This document shows, one piece after another, positions 29,893 to 40,802 of a DNA stretch of 64,000 nucleotides. Below the pieces are notes generated by a model. It was not told the origin of the DNA. It did not search any database and saw nothing but the letters and a program-made list of their open reading frames with translations. Made by a program: the position numbers and the translations under genes. This stretch comes from Bacteroidetes bacterium UBA7662 (lineage in GTDB: Bacteria > Bacteroidota > Bacteroidia > UBA7662), in assembly GCA_002483345.1 (NCBI GenBank), contig DLHS01000014.1, forward strand, positions 10,180 to 74,179. The letters run 5' to 3'. Numbering within the stretch: the first letter of the stretch is position 1; each line of letters opens with the position of its first letter.

Positions 29893-31068
29893 ATGCCAGC
29901 CATTTGCCTTTACTTTCAGGTACATCAGCCTTTTCGCACCAGGGTATACGATTTTATTCAGATTGGGAATCAGCACCAGTATTTTGATGAGGAGATGAAT
30001 AAACATTTCATCGACCGCGTTGCTGAAAATTGCTATCTGCCGGCCAATAAACTGATGCTGGAGCTGATTACAAAGTACGGCCGGGATTTCTCTATAGCCT
30101 TTTCTATTACCGGAACAACCCTTGATCAGCTGGAAAAATGGCGTCCGGATGTCATAAAAAGTTTTCAGCAACTGAGTAAAACCGGTCAGGTGGAATGGCT
30201 CTCCGAAACGGCTGCACACAGCCTGTCAGCCCTGTATAACAGAAAAGAGTTCAGACGTCAGGTGAAGGAGCATGATGCACAGATTGAACGGTTGTTTGGC
30301 TATAAACCCAGGACTTTCCGTAATACGGAGCTTCTTTTCAGCAATGATCTGGTCAATGAACTGGTTGAGCTGGGATATAACCAATTGCTGGTGCCCTCCA
30401 CGGAGCGATTGCTGGGCATTAAAAGCCCGAATCATGTGTATAAAAGCCCGATGCACAACAAAACACTATGTTTACCCAAAAACTCGAGCCTTACAGCAGA
30501 ACTTACCCGTTGGTTCGGCGAGCCTGACCATCCCGGATATCCGCTTACCGCAACTAAATTTGCTGAAAAGCTGATGGTCTTGCAAGAAGCCCCGGAATGT
30601 GTTAATTTATTCATGGACTATGAAACCATCGGGGAACACAAAAAGGCAGCATCCGGTATTTTTGATTTTTTCAGAGAGCTTCCGGAAGCTATTCTGGCCC
30701 TGCCGGATTATCATTTTCTGACGCCTGATGAGGTTTTTAAAAAATTCAGTCCTGCAGGTAAATACGATGTGCCATACCCGGTAACCTGGTCCTATCCCAC
30801 CTATGACTTAAGTTATATAACAGGCAGCGACATACAGCAGGAAGCCATCAACCGCCTGTACGACCTCGCCCCCAGGATATATGAGAAGAATGATCCGGTA
30901 CTGTTGCAGGATTGGAGCAGGTTACAATCGACCGATCACTTTTTTTATATGACGCCGCGTTTTGAAGAAAGGGGAGAAAGAAATCATTTCAGCCCTTTTG
31001 CCTCGGCCTATGATGCCTACAACAATTTCCTGAACATTCTGATTGATCTTGAGCTCAGAACCAAGTAG
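29893..31068 (+). CDS. glycoside hydrolase family 57 protein (alpha-amylase-type catalytic domain)
   Basis: ICLYFQVHQPFRTRVY N-terminus and the MDYETIGEH motif. It starts 1 nt after the GT4 stop. Confidence 0.8.
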   Translation: MPAICLYFQVHQPFRTRVYDFIQIGNQHQYFDEEMNKHFIDRVAENCYLPANKLMLELITKYGRDFSIAFSITGTTLDQLEKWRPDVIKSFQQLSKTGQVEWLSETAAHSLSALYNRKEFRRQVKEHDAQIERLFGYKPRTFRNTELLFSNDLVNELVELGYNQLLVPSTERLLGIKSPNHVYKSPMHNKTLCLPKNSSLTAELTRWFGEPDHPGYPLTATKFAEKLMVLQEAPECVNLFMDYETIGEHKKAASGIFDFFRELPEAILALPDYHFLTPDEVFKKFSPAGKYDVPYPVTWSYPTYDLSYITGSDIQQEAINRLYDLAPRIYEKNDPVLLQDWSRLQSTDHFFYMTPRFEERGERNHFSPFASAYDAYNNFLNILIDLELRTK

Positions 31069-31070
31069 GC

Positions 31071-31424
31071 CTATTCATCACCGATAGAATTCCAGCCTGT
31101 TTTACGTCTGGCCATGCTGAGGGCGAGGGCTGATAAATCCGGCTGATCTTCAAGTGAAAACCAGGCATATGCAGGGCCCTGACACACCTTGCAGGAACCC
31201 TGCAGGTGGATGTCTCCCTTCTGGTCAATAAACAACCTGTGAATGGGGACGAGGGAGCTGTGTCTTCGGCGGCATTGCTCGCAATAGCCATTGTTTGTTT
31301 GTGTTTCTTCAAAACTGCTCAGCACCTCTTCCGGCAGTATCTCCTCCAGTTCTGACAAAGAAATCTCTACCAGTGGTTCGAACCGGTTGAAGTAATTGTC
31401 GATCAGTAGTTCCTGTGGCTTCAT
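31071..31424 (-). CDS. hypothetical protein with CxxC...CxxC zinc-ribbon-like motif
   Basis: 117-aa ORF containing CEQCRRR...CKVCQG. No family recognised. Confidence 0.45.
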   Translation of the reverse strand: MKPQELLIDNYFNRFEPLVEISLSELEEILPEEVLSSFEETQTNNGYCEQCRRRHSSLVPIHRLFIDQKGDIHLQGSCKVCQGPAYAWFSLEDQPDLSALALSMARRKTGWNSIGDE

Positions 31425-31533
31425 GCTTTCGGAAAACTAACGGACTTTTGTGAAATACAGTTTAAATCAACTTATATATTTCACACAAACGTCGATTCCT
31501 GCCTGTCAGCACTGTTTTGGCCGGAGCTTAAAA

Positions 31534-33474
31534 CTATTTGGCAGCCAGGTTTGAAACAGACAATCTTATTTCTGCCCTGACGCCCCCGTCTTCATTGGCT
31601 ACAAATTGCAAATCACCGTCCAGGGCCTGTAAACGGGTGCGCATATTCATCATACCCAGTCCGTTTTGTATTTTGAGGATATCAAAGCCTTTGCCGTTGT
31701 CTTCATAACTTAACAGTAATTTCCCCTGCTGTTCTTTGAACCGGCAAACCACAAAATCAGCCCCGCTGTGTTTAAGTACATTGTTGGTGAGTTCCTGCAC
31801 CACCCTGTATATCACTACAGCTGTATTTTCATCCAGTTCTAAAGTATCTGATGCATCTACAAAAAAGCCAATTCCAGCTGGTTCGAGGCTTTTGCGAAGG
31901 AGTTCTGTTATGGCCGGCATGAGTCCCAGCGTTATCAGTGTTTTGGGCAGCAGGGCATGAGAGATATTTCGCGCCTCTTCTGCCGAGCTGCTGGCCAGTT
32001 CAAGCAGGGGATCCAGTTGTCCGGCCTCCTCAACAGTACTTTTATCACGGAATCGGCCGAGGCCTATTTTCAGGGCAGCAAGTTGCTGGGCAAGGCTGTC
32101 GTGCAAATCCCGGGCAATTTTACGGCGCTCCTGTTCCGTTGCTTCCAGCACAGCCTGTATTCCTCTCTTCTGCTCCTGAATGACAGCCTGTTTGAGAGCC
32201 AGTTTATTTTTGGTACGTATCCTCCACACAAATACCACCGCTGCTATTAAGGCGAGCATGACCAAAACGAACAGGCCGGTTATCCAGAAACGCTGCCTGA
32301 GCAGACTGTTTTCCTGTGTTTGAATCTGAAGGGCCTGGCTGGCAATTTGTTTTTCCTTGATAGCCGTCTCAAATTTTGCATTCATTTCGGCCAACAACTT
32401 ATTCTTGTCCTCGTTCAGCATGCTGTCGTTGGCAGCCAGGCGGGCCCGTTCGTCCAACATGGCCTGTTTGTAGTTGCCTTGTTTTTCTGCCAGCAAGCTC
32501 GACCATTCCAGGGCCAGGGAAAGATTCCGGAGGTCATGGACTTTTTCAGACATTTCCCGGCAGCGGGAGAGATAGGCTGAGGCTTCCTTGTATTGCCCCA
32601 GCTGGGTGTAAACTATCCCCAGATTAACGAGTATCGGAAGAAACAGGTGTTTGTCGTCCAGCGGCTCGATAAGTTTTTCAGAGAGCAGCAAATAATGCTT
32701 CGCGACACCAAATTGTTCTTCATCAATGGCAATGATTCCAAGGCTGTTGTATACGCTTCCAAGCCCACGGGTACTTTTAATTTTTTCAAAAACCGGCTTG
32801 GCTTCAAGGAGATAGTACCTCGACGAATCAAATTGTTTTAAATGAAAGTATGAAATACCAATTTCCAGCATCGACTCACCTATAAATTGCTCGTTTCCTA
32901 TCCTTTTGCGGACTTCAAGCGATTTCAGGTTCATTTGAAGCGATTTTTTCTGTTCGCCAGTCCTTTCATAGACCATCGCCATGTTGTTCAACGAATTGGA
33001 GAGACTGTATAAATCATTATTTTTTTCACCCAGCCGGTATACTTCCTGGAAGCTGGCCAGCGCTTCCGGATATAAAGACTGTTGCAACTGCATTAGCCCC
33101 AGGAGATTTAACAGACTAGTCAGTCCGTAGTCATTTTTTAGTTTTTTGTAGATTGGTTTTGCCTGTCCGATGGTCAGGGCAGCCTGATCGTATTCACCTT
33201 CCAGATAATGCAGAATGGCCAGGTAATAAAGCGCGTTGGCTTCTCCTGCGCTGTATCCCGATGTTCGCGCAAACTGACTGGCTTTTAAAACCATTTCCCT
33301 GGCTTTGGCGGGGTCAGAATCTTTGTAGGCCCAGGTAAGTTTGAGGTAGAGCTGAACCCGGGTGGTATCATCCGGGTTTTGTTTCAGCCGGCGTTCCAGG
33401 CTATCGATATTGCCGAAAGCCTGCTGGGTAAGAAGCATCAGGACAAGTGTGCTGAGGTAAATAAATACTTTCAT
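31534..33474 (-). CDS. TPR-repeat sensor histidine kinase (HisKA_3 / NarX-LiaS type)
   Basis: Signal peptide, multiple TPR-like repeats, one TM segment, H-box RKIARDLHDSLAQQLAAL and a C-terminal HATPase region (NNVLKHS...DNGKGF). Confidence 0.8.
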   Translation of the reverse strand: MKVFIYLSTLVLMLLTQQAFGNIDSLERRLKQNPDDTTRVQLYLKLTWAYKDSDPAKAREMVLKASQFARTSGYSAGEANALYYLAILHYLEGEYDQAALTIGQAKPIYKKLKNDYGLTSLLNLLGLMQLQQSLYPEALASFQEVYRLGEKNNDLYSLSNSLNNMAMVYERTGEQKKSLQMNLKSLEVRKRIGNEQFIGESMLEIGISYFHLKQFDSSRYYLLEAKPVFEKIKSTRGLGSVYNSLGIIAIDEEQFGVAKHYLLLSEKLIEPLDDKHLFLPILVNLGIVYTQLGQYKEASAYLSRCREMSEKVHDLRNLSLALEWSSLLAEKQGNYKQAMLDERARLAANDSMLNEDKNKLLAEMNAKFETAIKEKQIASQALQIQTQENSLLRQRFWITGLFVLVMLALIAAVVFVWRIRTKNKLALKQAVIQEQKRGIQAVLEATEQERRKIARDLHDSLAQQLAALKIGLGRFRDKSTVEEAGQLDPLLELASSSAEEARNISHALLPKTLITLGLMPAITELLRKSLEPAGIGFFVDASDTLELDENTAVVIYRVVQELTNNVLKHSGADFVVCRFKEQQGKLLLSYEDNGKGFDILKIQNGLGMMNMRTRLQALDGDLQFVANEDGGVRAEIRLSVSNLAAK

Positions 33475-33546
33475 GGAACCGGAATCTGGTGCCAATTTAT
33501 GCAGCTTTAGGCAAAGAACCCCGTCGATTTTTCAGCAGGGAGGCAA

Positions 33547-35838
33547 TCAGTGCTTTTGAAGGTAGCTTACAGCATTGGCACGCTCTACCACCTCCCGGAT
33601 AACCTCGTCAAGAACCTGCCCGGAATGCTGGAGTTTTTCGTAAAGGTCGGCTCGTTCTGCCTGCCCCGGATTGATTTCCAGCAGCTCAATCAAGCCCAGA
33701 ATATTGGCCAGCGGTGCCCGTAATTTATGTGATTCAATCCAGGCAATTTCCATCAATTGTTCGTTTTGCTTCTGAATTCGGAGATCCTTTTCCATCTTCT
33801 CCGTTATGTCTTTCCCGTAACAACCTATGCTGGTGATATGATTATGCTCACCCCGGATGGGATAAAAACTTACCTCATTGAAGTGGGTCCGACCCTTAAT
33901 AACGCGCTCCATCACGATCCTGAAGGCCTCTCCCGTAAGTGCCCGCTGGTAAGCTGTTTCCCATTCCCGGTATTTGTCGGTATCCTGTCGTTCCAGTAAA
34001 ACGAGCTGACCTTCCTCCGGCCTGAATCCAAAAAGCAATTTGAAACGGTTTTTAAAGGCCTCATTGGCTGTAATTAATTTCAGCTGGCGGTCAACTGACC
34101 AGATAGGGTCAGCGGTGTTGTTGATAAGGCCCTCCAGATTACGCTGCTCTTTTTCAAGAGCCTGCTGGAGCAGGTGATTTTCTGTCCTGTCAATAGAAAA
34201 TACAGCCAGATCAGATTGAACGGGATATATGGCCATCTCAAGCCATTTTTTCAGATGATGGTCGAAAATGCGTTCCTCAATTACTTTTCCGTTCTTCAGC
34301 GCTCTTTCAAACAGGGGTTGGTAAACAGTTTCATTCGTTTCAACAAACCACTGCCTGATAGGAGTGCCAATCAGTTCTTCCCTGCTCCGGCTCATCATTT
34401 TTTCAAACGATTTGTTTACCGCAGTTATGCGTAACTGATCGTCGAGGGAGTAAAAGGCATCATTCATTGTTTCCAGTATGGTATTGATCTGGTCGTTGAT
34501 TTTACGGACATCTTCCTGACTGTGACGCAGCTCGGTAATATCTGTTGCAATCCCGTTGATCGTACGGGGCTGGCCTTTATCGTCACGTACCAGAACCGAA
34601 CGGTCACGGAGATGACGGACACTGCCATCGGCCCTGACAATGCGGTATTCTATTTCACCGGCACCTACCGACTTGATGTAGGAGGTATGTTCTGCCATCC
34701 TGGGCCTATCTTCCTTCGTTATCATGTCGAACCAGAGCGCTGAATTCTCATAAAACTCCTCCGGGCTTCTTCCATAAATTTTCAGAACAGCCGCATTCAG
34801 GTAACGGATCTGGTAGGTCTGGGCATCTACCGACCATACCACATCGTTTACGGTGCGTAAAATGCTCTCCAATTGCTCCTTGTACGAACTGAGTTGTTCC
34901 AGGTACTGCAACTTGTCAGTGACATCCTTTCCTACACCTTGTATTTCGATGATGTCATCCTCCGACCGAATAGCAATAAATTCCCATTCGGTAATCCTGT
35001 TCAGCGATGAGACCAGGGAAAGCTGAAGCAGGGTTGAATAATTTTTACCGGGACTGGCCACGCACTGCTTAAACAGGGCTGCAAGTTTTTTGACCTCCGG
35101 CGACTCAATCATGTTGTACAGATTATCGGGTTGTTGTATGCCCTGTGAATTGCCAAAAAGTGTCAGAAATGCTTTGTTACGGAAGGAAAACCGTCCTTTA
35201 AGGTCCGTCCGGATGAGGTAAGTGGTTTGTGCTTCAATGAGGGAGTGTAAATACCGCTCGTTTTGATAAACCTGTTTGTGCAAGGTCTCATTCTGATTCC
35301 GCATCAAACGTTCTTCATTCATATCAACCAGCAATAACAGCCAGCTGTTGGCACCGTGAAAGTTTGTTTCTCTCACATGTACCCGAAGGCTCAGACTTCT
35401 TCCGTCCTTGGCCCTGTGTTCCTGCACCTCACCCCAGGTGCTTTGTTTAAGGGATGACGGGCCATATTGGATGAACAAATTATGAAATGCCATACCGATG
35501 AGCTCTGTCCTGGTGTAGCCGTACAAAGCGGCTGCGGCATCATTGGCAGCTTCAATCGCTCCTGCATTGGTACACACAAGCATGGGATTCGGATTGTCAT
35601 CGAAAAGGTGCCGGAATTCTTCGTCAGCCTTTTTTCTTATGTGGAATTGGGTTCGCAGGTAGGCGTAGAGAATGGCCGCGGTCACCATCACATATAAAAG
35701 GCCTTTTATGATATTGACCATCAACTCCTGTTCCTCATGGTCGTAATAGGAACTGAGCCACCCTCCAAAAAGCGTATCACTCACCAATATCCAGGCGACA
35801 CCGACGAATAAATAAGTAAGGGTAATTTTTTTGGCCAT
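33547..35838 (-). CDS. multi-PAS sensor protein ending in a HisKA-like dimerisation domain, with no ATPase domain
   Basis: N-terminal TM segments and several PAS blocks. The C-terminal SHKLRAPLANILGLIELL motif is followed by only about 50 aa. Confidence 0.7.
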   Translation of the reverse strand: MAKKITLTYLFVGVAWILVSDTLFGGWLSSYYDHEEQELMVNIIKGLLYVMVTAAILYAYLRTQFHIRKKADEEFRHLFDDNPNPMLVCTNAGAIEAANDAAAALYGYTRTELIGMAFHNLFIQYGPSSLKQSTWGEVQEHRAKDGRSLSLRVHVRETNFHGANSWLLLLVDMNEERLMRNQNETLHKQVYQNERYLHSLIEAQTTYLIRTDLKGRFSFRNKAFLTLFGNSQGIQQPDNLYNMIESPEVKKLAALFKQCVASPGKNYSTLLQLSLVSSLNRITEWEFIAIRSEDDIIEIQGVGKDVTDKLQYLEQLSSYKEQLESILRTVNDVVWSVDAQTYQIRYLNAAVLKIYGRSPEEFYENSALWFDMITKEDRPRMAEHTSYIKSVGAGEIEYRIVRADGSVRHLRDRSVLVRDDKGQPRTINGIATDITELRHSQEDVRKINDQINTILETMNDAFYSLDDQLRITAVNKSFEKMMSRSREELIGTPIRQWFVETNETVYQPLFERALKNGKVIEERIFDHHLKKWLEMAIYPVQSDLAVFSIDRTENHLLQQALEKEQRNLEGLINNTADPIWSVDRQLKLITANEAFKNRFKLLFGFRPEEGQLVLLERQDTDKYREWETAYQRALTGEAFRIVMERVIKGRTHFNEVSFYPIRGEHNHITSIGCYGKDITEKMEKDLRIQKQNEQLMEIAWIESHKLRAPLANILGLIELLEINPGQAERADLYEKLQHSGQVLDEVIREVVERANAVSYLQKH

Positions 35839-35928
35839 TACGGGTTTCTACTTATTTAGAAATCAAACAGCGGGAACGACATAACTGCTTTCGAATGTAC
35901 AAGATAAAATGCAAATAGCAGATAAGAA

Positions 35929-36834
35929 CTACATCTCTTTTAGAACATGTTTGATAATTAAGCGATCATCCCCTGCCGACCATAAATGACTGTATTTTGA
36001 ATCCCAGTATAAACGATTAACGCTGTGACTGTGGGCCAATCCCGGAAACTTCTCGTAATCAACCACTTTTTTGAGTTCCAGGCTGCTGCTGTCCCATAGT
36101 TTAATGCTTTTATCTCTTCCTGCACTGGCTATCAGCCCGTATTCCGGTATTTCAATGAGGTGATTGATAGTGAAAAGATGGGCTGGTATCCTTTCGATTA
36201 ATTTACCGGAGGCAACTTCCCACACATGCAAATGGGCGTCGCGGCTACCGCTCAGCAGGTATTTACCCTCTTTTAGAAACAGGAGAGAAAAAACGGAGTT
36301 TTCATGGCCTTCAAGCCTGTTTATTTCTTTTAAATCGTCGTTAAAAAGCCGGATGTGATGATCCGAGTAACCGGCAGCAATCAGTCCACCCGAAAGTGCA
36401 AGGGCTCTCAGCGGTGCATTTTCCTGATGCCGGATATTGGTCAGCTCGGCGGATTCACCATCGGTCTGCCAGCGTAACAAACGGCCGTCGGCATGACCTG
36501 AAAGCCAACCTTGTTCGTAAGCAGCCAGGGTAAAAACCGCCTGTTCATTCCAGCGGTATAATTTTATTTCTTTATTAAGCGCCAGATCTACCCAGTGCAG
36601 ACCGCCTTCAAGGGTTCCGATCAGCAAAAACTGCCCCAGCCGAAGCATACAATAAACCGTGGCAGGCACCTTCACCACCAACCGGGCATCTCCTTCAGAA
36701 CGTTTATCCCAACGGGCAATCAACCCATCTCCACCGGCCGAAAGCAGGCAGTCTTCTTCCAGGTCGTCACAAAAGGCATACAGACTATCGCGGTGACCTT
36801 TAAATCTGAAAACTGGCTGAAAAGTTAAAGGCAT
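35929..36834 (-). CDS. WD40-repeat protein
   Basis: Repeats such as GHENSVFSLLF...LLSGSRDAHLHVWEV and SAGRDKSIKLWD. Confidence 0.7.
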   Translation of the reverse strand: MPLTFQPVFRFKGHRDSLYAFCDDLEEDCLLSAGGDGLIARWDKRSEGDARLVVKVPATVYCMLRLGQFLLIGTLEGGLHWVDLALNKEIKLYRWNEQAVFTLAAYEQGWLSGHADGRLLRWQTDGESAELTNIRHQENAPLRALALSGGLIAAGYSDHHIRLFNDDLKEINRLEGHENSVFSLLFLKEGKYLLSGSRDAHLHVWEVASGKLIERIPAHLFTINHLIEIPEYGLIASAGRDKSIKLWDSSSLELKKVVDYEKFPGLAHSHSVNRLYWDSKYSHLWSAGDDRLIIKHVLKEM

Positions 36835-36878
36835 AATTATGTTTGTAAAACTACGTACAATTCCCATATTGCAACCGT

Positions 36879-37514
36879 ATGCCATTTAAACACACTACTA
36901 CTTTCGAGCCCAATGGTGAACTTATTTTGTGGGAGGTCACCGAAAATGTGCGTTGGTTTTATGAGCGTATGACGCTTTCAAAGAGCCTTGAGAACGATTT
37001 CAGAAACATACGGGCCGATGTTATCCGCCGGCAATGGATTGCAAGTCGGTTTATATTGCAACAACTGGCACGCACTGTAGTGCTCGAAGTTGAAAAAGAC
37101 AGTTTCGGGAAACCACATCTGGTCAACGACCATCGCTTCATCAGCCTGAGTCATTGTGATGGTTATGCTGCGGCCCTCGCCTCTGATGCATCGGTAGGTA
37201 TTGATGTGGAAAGGGTATCGGATCGCGTTCAAAAAGTTAAAAACCGATTTCTGAATCCTTCAGAAATGGCCATTACAGGAGAAAGTGATGCCCAGCTCAT
37301 GCTGGCCTGGAGTGCCAAGGAAGCCGTTTATAAGTTGTATGGTCAAAAGGAGCTTGTTTTCAAAGAACATATGCTCATTACAGGATTGGATACGGCTGAG
37401 CAACAGCTCGAAATACATCTCAGGAAAGGGGCAATTTCCGGAAAACTGAAAATAGATTATTGCTTTTTTGGGGAGCTGGTACTAAGCTGGGTGGTAGCAC
37501 CGGTTAACGGGTAA
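36879..37514 (+). CDS. 4'-phosphopantetheinyl transferase (Sfp type)
   Basis: GIDVERV and WSAKEAVYKLYG motifs. Confidence 0.8.
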   Translation: MPFKHTTTFEPNGELILWEVTENVRWFYERMTLSKSLENDFRNIRADVIRRQWIASRFILQQLARTVVLEVEKDSFGKPHLVNDHRFISLSHCDGYAAALASDASVGIDVERVSDRVQKVKNRFLNPSEMAITGESDAQLMLAWSAKEAVYKLYGQKELVFKEHMLITGLDTAEQQLEIHLRKGAISGKLKIDYCFFGELVLSWVVAPVNG

Positions 37515-39417
37515 TGACAGTGCCCAGTTGCTGGGCCAATTGAATTTTAAATTTCTCAAGCTCCAGGTGATCGGCGATTAACTGATCCAGTTCTTCAGGG
37601 GTAGCTTCCTTAATTTTCTGCTGACTTTCCTGCAACAAACGGTGTATTTTTTTGATGTTGATGCGGTTTACAGATGAAACAACATCCAGGGCTACATTAT
37701 CTTCCAGTTTCACGATGAAAATATCGTGTTTCTTCCAGTTTTCACTGATTTCATAGTGTTTTCCATAAATATCCACTGCTGCTGCGGATATCTCCTTGTC
37801 GGTATGATTGATTAACTGGTGTATGTCAGGAACGGCCTGATATTGCGTCCAGCCTTCGTGGTAGATGCGGAATATTTTTTCGAAAACAGGATTATCCCAC
37901 CCAATTTCATCCAGTGATTCTGTGATATAAGCGATTACAGGCCTTTCTGTATCCGACATGAGGTTGGTAGCGTATAACAGAAGCAATCGAATAATATCCG
38001 CTTCCTGAGGGGCGTCGTTCAGGACAGGTGCCTGGGCGGCTTCCATGGTCTGGAAGTTCTGCTGCATACTTTCTGCTGCAGCCCGGTCGTCAGGCGATAT
38101 CTTTTTAAGCTTGTTGAGACGTTGCCTGTTTACCTCGCTGATCAGGGTTTGTTCGTCGAGATGCAGGAGGGAAGCGGTATGGGTGCTGTAGGTAGCGCGC
38201 AGGATGGGGTCGCTGACCCTTGAAATGCTGTCAGCAATGTCGTGGATAGCCTCTGCCCGTTGCACGGGGTCGTTTTCGGTGCCATGGAAGAGCAAGTCGG
38301 CTTTGAAGTGGATGAAATCCTTGACTTCATCTCTTAGGTAATCCTGAAAACCTTCCGGGCCAAGTTTGCGGCTCTGTGAATCCGGGTCTTCCCCGTCTGG
38401 CATCAGCACTACCCTGACATTGAGGTCGTGCTCCAGCAAGATGTCAATACCCCGCAACGAGGCTTTGATACCCGCGGCATCGCCATCGTACAATACTGTT
38501 ACATTTTTGCTGAAACGGCGGATAAGCCGGGCCTGTTCCTGTGTAAGCGAGGTACCGGAACTGGCCACCACGTTCTCCACGCCAGCCTGGTTCAGACTGA
38601 TGACATCGGTATAACCCTCTACCAGAAAGGTGTTTTCTGCCTTCTGAATCGCTTTTTTGGCCTGAAACAGGCCGTAGAGCGTTTCGCTTTTTTTGTACAG
38701 CAGGGTTTCCGGCGAATTGAGGTATTTCGCTTCTTTTTTGTCGTTTTTCAGCGTACGGCCACCGAAGCCAACCACCTTGCCACTGAGGTTGTAAAATGGA
38801 AACAGTACCCTGCCGCGGAAACGATCGGCCAGACCACCTCTTTCCCGTTCACTGGCCAGACCGGCAGCTACAATTTCTGCATCCGTATAACCACTGTTTC
38901 TGGCGAAATCGCTGAAAGCAGTCAGGTTATCAGGGGCGTAACTCAGGCCGAAAAGCTGAATGCTTTGGTCGGTAATACCTCTTTCGCGGAAATAACTCAG
39001 GCCGATGGCCTGCCCGTCGTCGCTTTGCAGGTATTGCACAAAGTAGCTCTGCGCAAAGGCATGCAGCTGGTACAGCCGGTCGCGCTCGCTGAGCACCTGC
39101 TGCTGTTCGGGGGTAGGTTGACTTAAATCTTCCTCTACTTCAATGTTGTAACGCTGAGCCAACGCCCTGATGGCATCGGGATAACTCAGGTGCTCATGGG
39201 CCATCAGAAAGCCCACGCTGTTGCCCGCTTCGCCGCAACCAAAACACTTGTACATACCCCGGGTAGGGTTTACATTGAAGGAAGGCGTTTTTTCGTTGTG
39301 GAAAGGGCAGAGGCCCAGGTAATTGATGCCGCGTTTTTTGAGGGTCACAAAATCGCCTACCACCTCCTCAATCCGGGCGGATTCCATAACACGGTCGATG
39401 GTAGAGCGGCTGATCAT
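37504..39417 (-). CDS. dnaG: DNA primase DnaG
   Basis: Zinc-binding CPFHNEKTPSF...CFGCG and a TOPRIM region (LVEGYTDVISL, YDGDAAG). The start is taken at the MISRSTIDRV Met. Confidence 0.9.
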   Translation of the reverse strand: MISRSTIDRVMESARIEEVVGDFVTLKKRGINYLGLCPFHNEKTPSFNVNPTRGMYKCFGCGEAGNSVGFLMAHEHLSYPDAIRALAQRYNIEVEEDLSQPTPEQQQVLSERDRLYQLHAFAQSYFVQYLQSDDGQAIGLSYFRERGITDQSIQLFGLSYAPDNLTAFSDFARNSGYTDAEIVAAGLASERERGGLADRFRGRVLFPFYNLSGKVVGFGGRTLKNDKKEAKYLNSPETLLYKKSETLYGLFQAKKAIQKAENTFLVEGYTDVISLNQAGVENVVASSGTSLTQEQARLIRRFSKNVTVLYDGDAAGIKASLRGIDILLEHDLNVRVVLMPDGEDPDSQSRKLGPEGFQDYLRDEVKDFIHFKADLLFHGTENDPVQRAEAIHDIADSISRVSDPILRATYSTHTASLLHLDEQTLISEVNRQRLNKLKKISPDDRAAAESMQQNFQTMEAAQAPVLNDAPQEADIIRLLLLYATNLMSDTERPVIAYITESLDEIGWDNPVFEKIFRIYHEGWTQYQAVPDIHQLINHTDKEISAAAVDIYGKHYEISENWKKHDIFIVKLEDNVALDVVSSVNRINIKKIHRLLQESQQKIKEATPEELDQLIADHLELEKFKIQLAQQLGTVITR

Positions 39418-39594
39418 TGTTTTGGCTTCTCCTGGCTTCTTTTTGAAGGAAGAAGTCCAGCCTTCAAAAATGCAACAAAGCAGCCGAATTCTGAAACGCG
39501 ATTGCATAGCATTTCTGATGGCTCAAACGCAACGCTTTCAGCTTAACTTTGTGGCGCTTCCGGCTGTTCAACCGGAAATACAATCGTTCAATCC

Positions 39595-40740
39595 ATGAAA
39601 TTCGGAACCAAAGCCATCCACGCGGGCGTACACCCCGACCCATCTACCGGTGCTATCATGACACCGATTTATCAAACTTCCACCTACGTGCAGGAATCGC
39701 CGGGTAACCACAAGGGTTATGCTTATGCCAGGGGAAAAAACCCGACCCGTACCCAGTTGGAGGCCAATATCGCGGCTTTGGAAAATGCGAAACACGGACT
39801 CTGCTTCTCCAGCGGCATGGGCGCCATCGACGCGGTGATGAAAATGCTGAAACCTGGAGATGAGGTGGTTACCGGCGATGATATTTACGGAGGTTCCTAC
39901 CGCATTTTTACCAAGGTATATGCCGATTTCGGCATCAAATTTCACTTCATCGACCTGTATGATGCTACCCAGGTTAAAAAATACCTGAACGAAAACACCA
40001 AACTGATCTGGGTGGAAACCCCCACCAACCCGACCATGAAAATCGTGGATATCGCCGCCATCTCGGCCATAGCCAAAAGTGCCGGGGTGATGTTTGCCGT
40101 CGATAATACTTTTGCTTCTCCTTACTTACAGAACCCACTTGACCTGGGAGCCGACCTGGTGATGCACTCTGCCACCAAATACCTCGGGGGCCACAGCGAT
40201 GTGGTGATGGGAGCCCTGTGTACCAACGATACCGCCATTCACGAAAAACTGGCTTTTATCCTCAACAGTTGTGGCGCCAATCCCGGTCCGCAGGACTGTT
40301 TTCTGGTATTGCGGGGTATCAAAACCCTGCACTTGCGCATGAAAGCCCATTGTGAAAACGGCCGTGCGGTTGCCCATTATTTGAGGCAACACCCCAAAGT
40401 AGGGCTCGTCAACTGGCCGGGTTTCGAAGATCATCCCGGCTACGCCATCGCCAAAAAACAAATGCGCGACTTTGGTGGTATGCTCTCATTCACGCTGAAA
40501 AGCGGAAATTACGATGCCGCCATGACCCTGGCTTCTTCGATGGAGATTTTCAGTCTGGCCGAATCGCTGGGTGGTGTAGAATCCCTCATCGGTCACCCCG
40601 CCAGCATGACGCATGCCAGCATACCCCGCGAAGAACGGCTGAAAGCCGGTGTAGAAGACGGTTTGCTACGGCTCAGCATCGGCGTGGAAGATGTGGAAGA
40701 CCTGATTGCGGATCTGGAGCAGGCTTTGGCGAAGGTTTGA
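39595..40740 (+). CDS. PLP-dependent trans-sulfuration enzyme (cystathionine gamma-synthase/gamma-lyase/beta-lyase family)
   Basis: 381 aa with a PLP-lysine region [11 protein letters not shown], and family-wide similarity ([17 protein letters not shown]). Confidence 0.85.
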   Translation: MKFGTKAIHAGVHPDPSTGAIMTPIYQTSTYVQESPGNHKGYAYARGKNPTRTQLEANIAALENAKHGLCFSSGMGAIDAVMKMLKPGDEVVTGDDIYGGSYRIFTKVYADFGIKFHFIDLYDATQVKKYLNENTKLIWVETPTNPTMKIVDIAAISAIAKSAGVMFAVDNTFASPYLQNPLDLGADLVMHSATKYLGGHSDVVMGALCTNDTAIHEKLAFILNSCGANPGPQDCFLVLRGIKTLHLRMKAHCENGRAVAHYLRQHPKVGLVNWPGFEDHPGYAIAKKQMRDFGGMLSFTLKSGNYDAAMTLASSMEIFSLAESLGGVESLIGHPASMTHASIPREERLKAGVEDGLLRLSIGVEDVEDLIADLEQALAKV

Positions 40741-40802
40741 TTTCAGGTCAGTATGGGTTTAAATCAATACATAAAAGGGGTTTTCAAGCAAGTCGTCTTC
40801 TT

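Noticed and set aside
31449-31485. TGTGAAATA-N19-TATTTCACA inverted repeat as a CRP/FNR-type site
   Set aside because: The TGTGA and TCACA half-sites are 27 nt apart rather than 6 nt apart. It may be a weak hairpin or another operator, but I cannot support a specific function.
39508-39594. SAM or other riboswitch upstream of the trans-sulfuration gene
   Set aside because: The leader is only about 87 nt, shared with the divergent dnaG promoter, and lacks conserved SAM-I/SAM-II core sequences.
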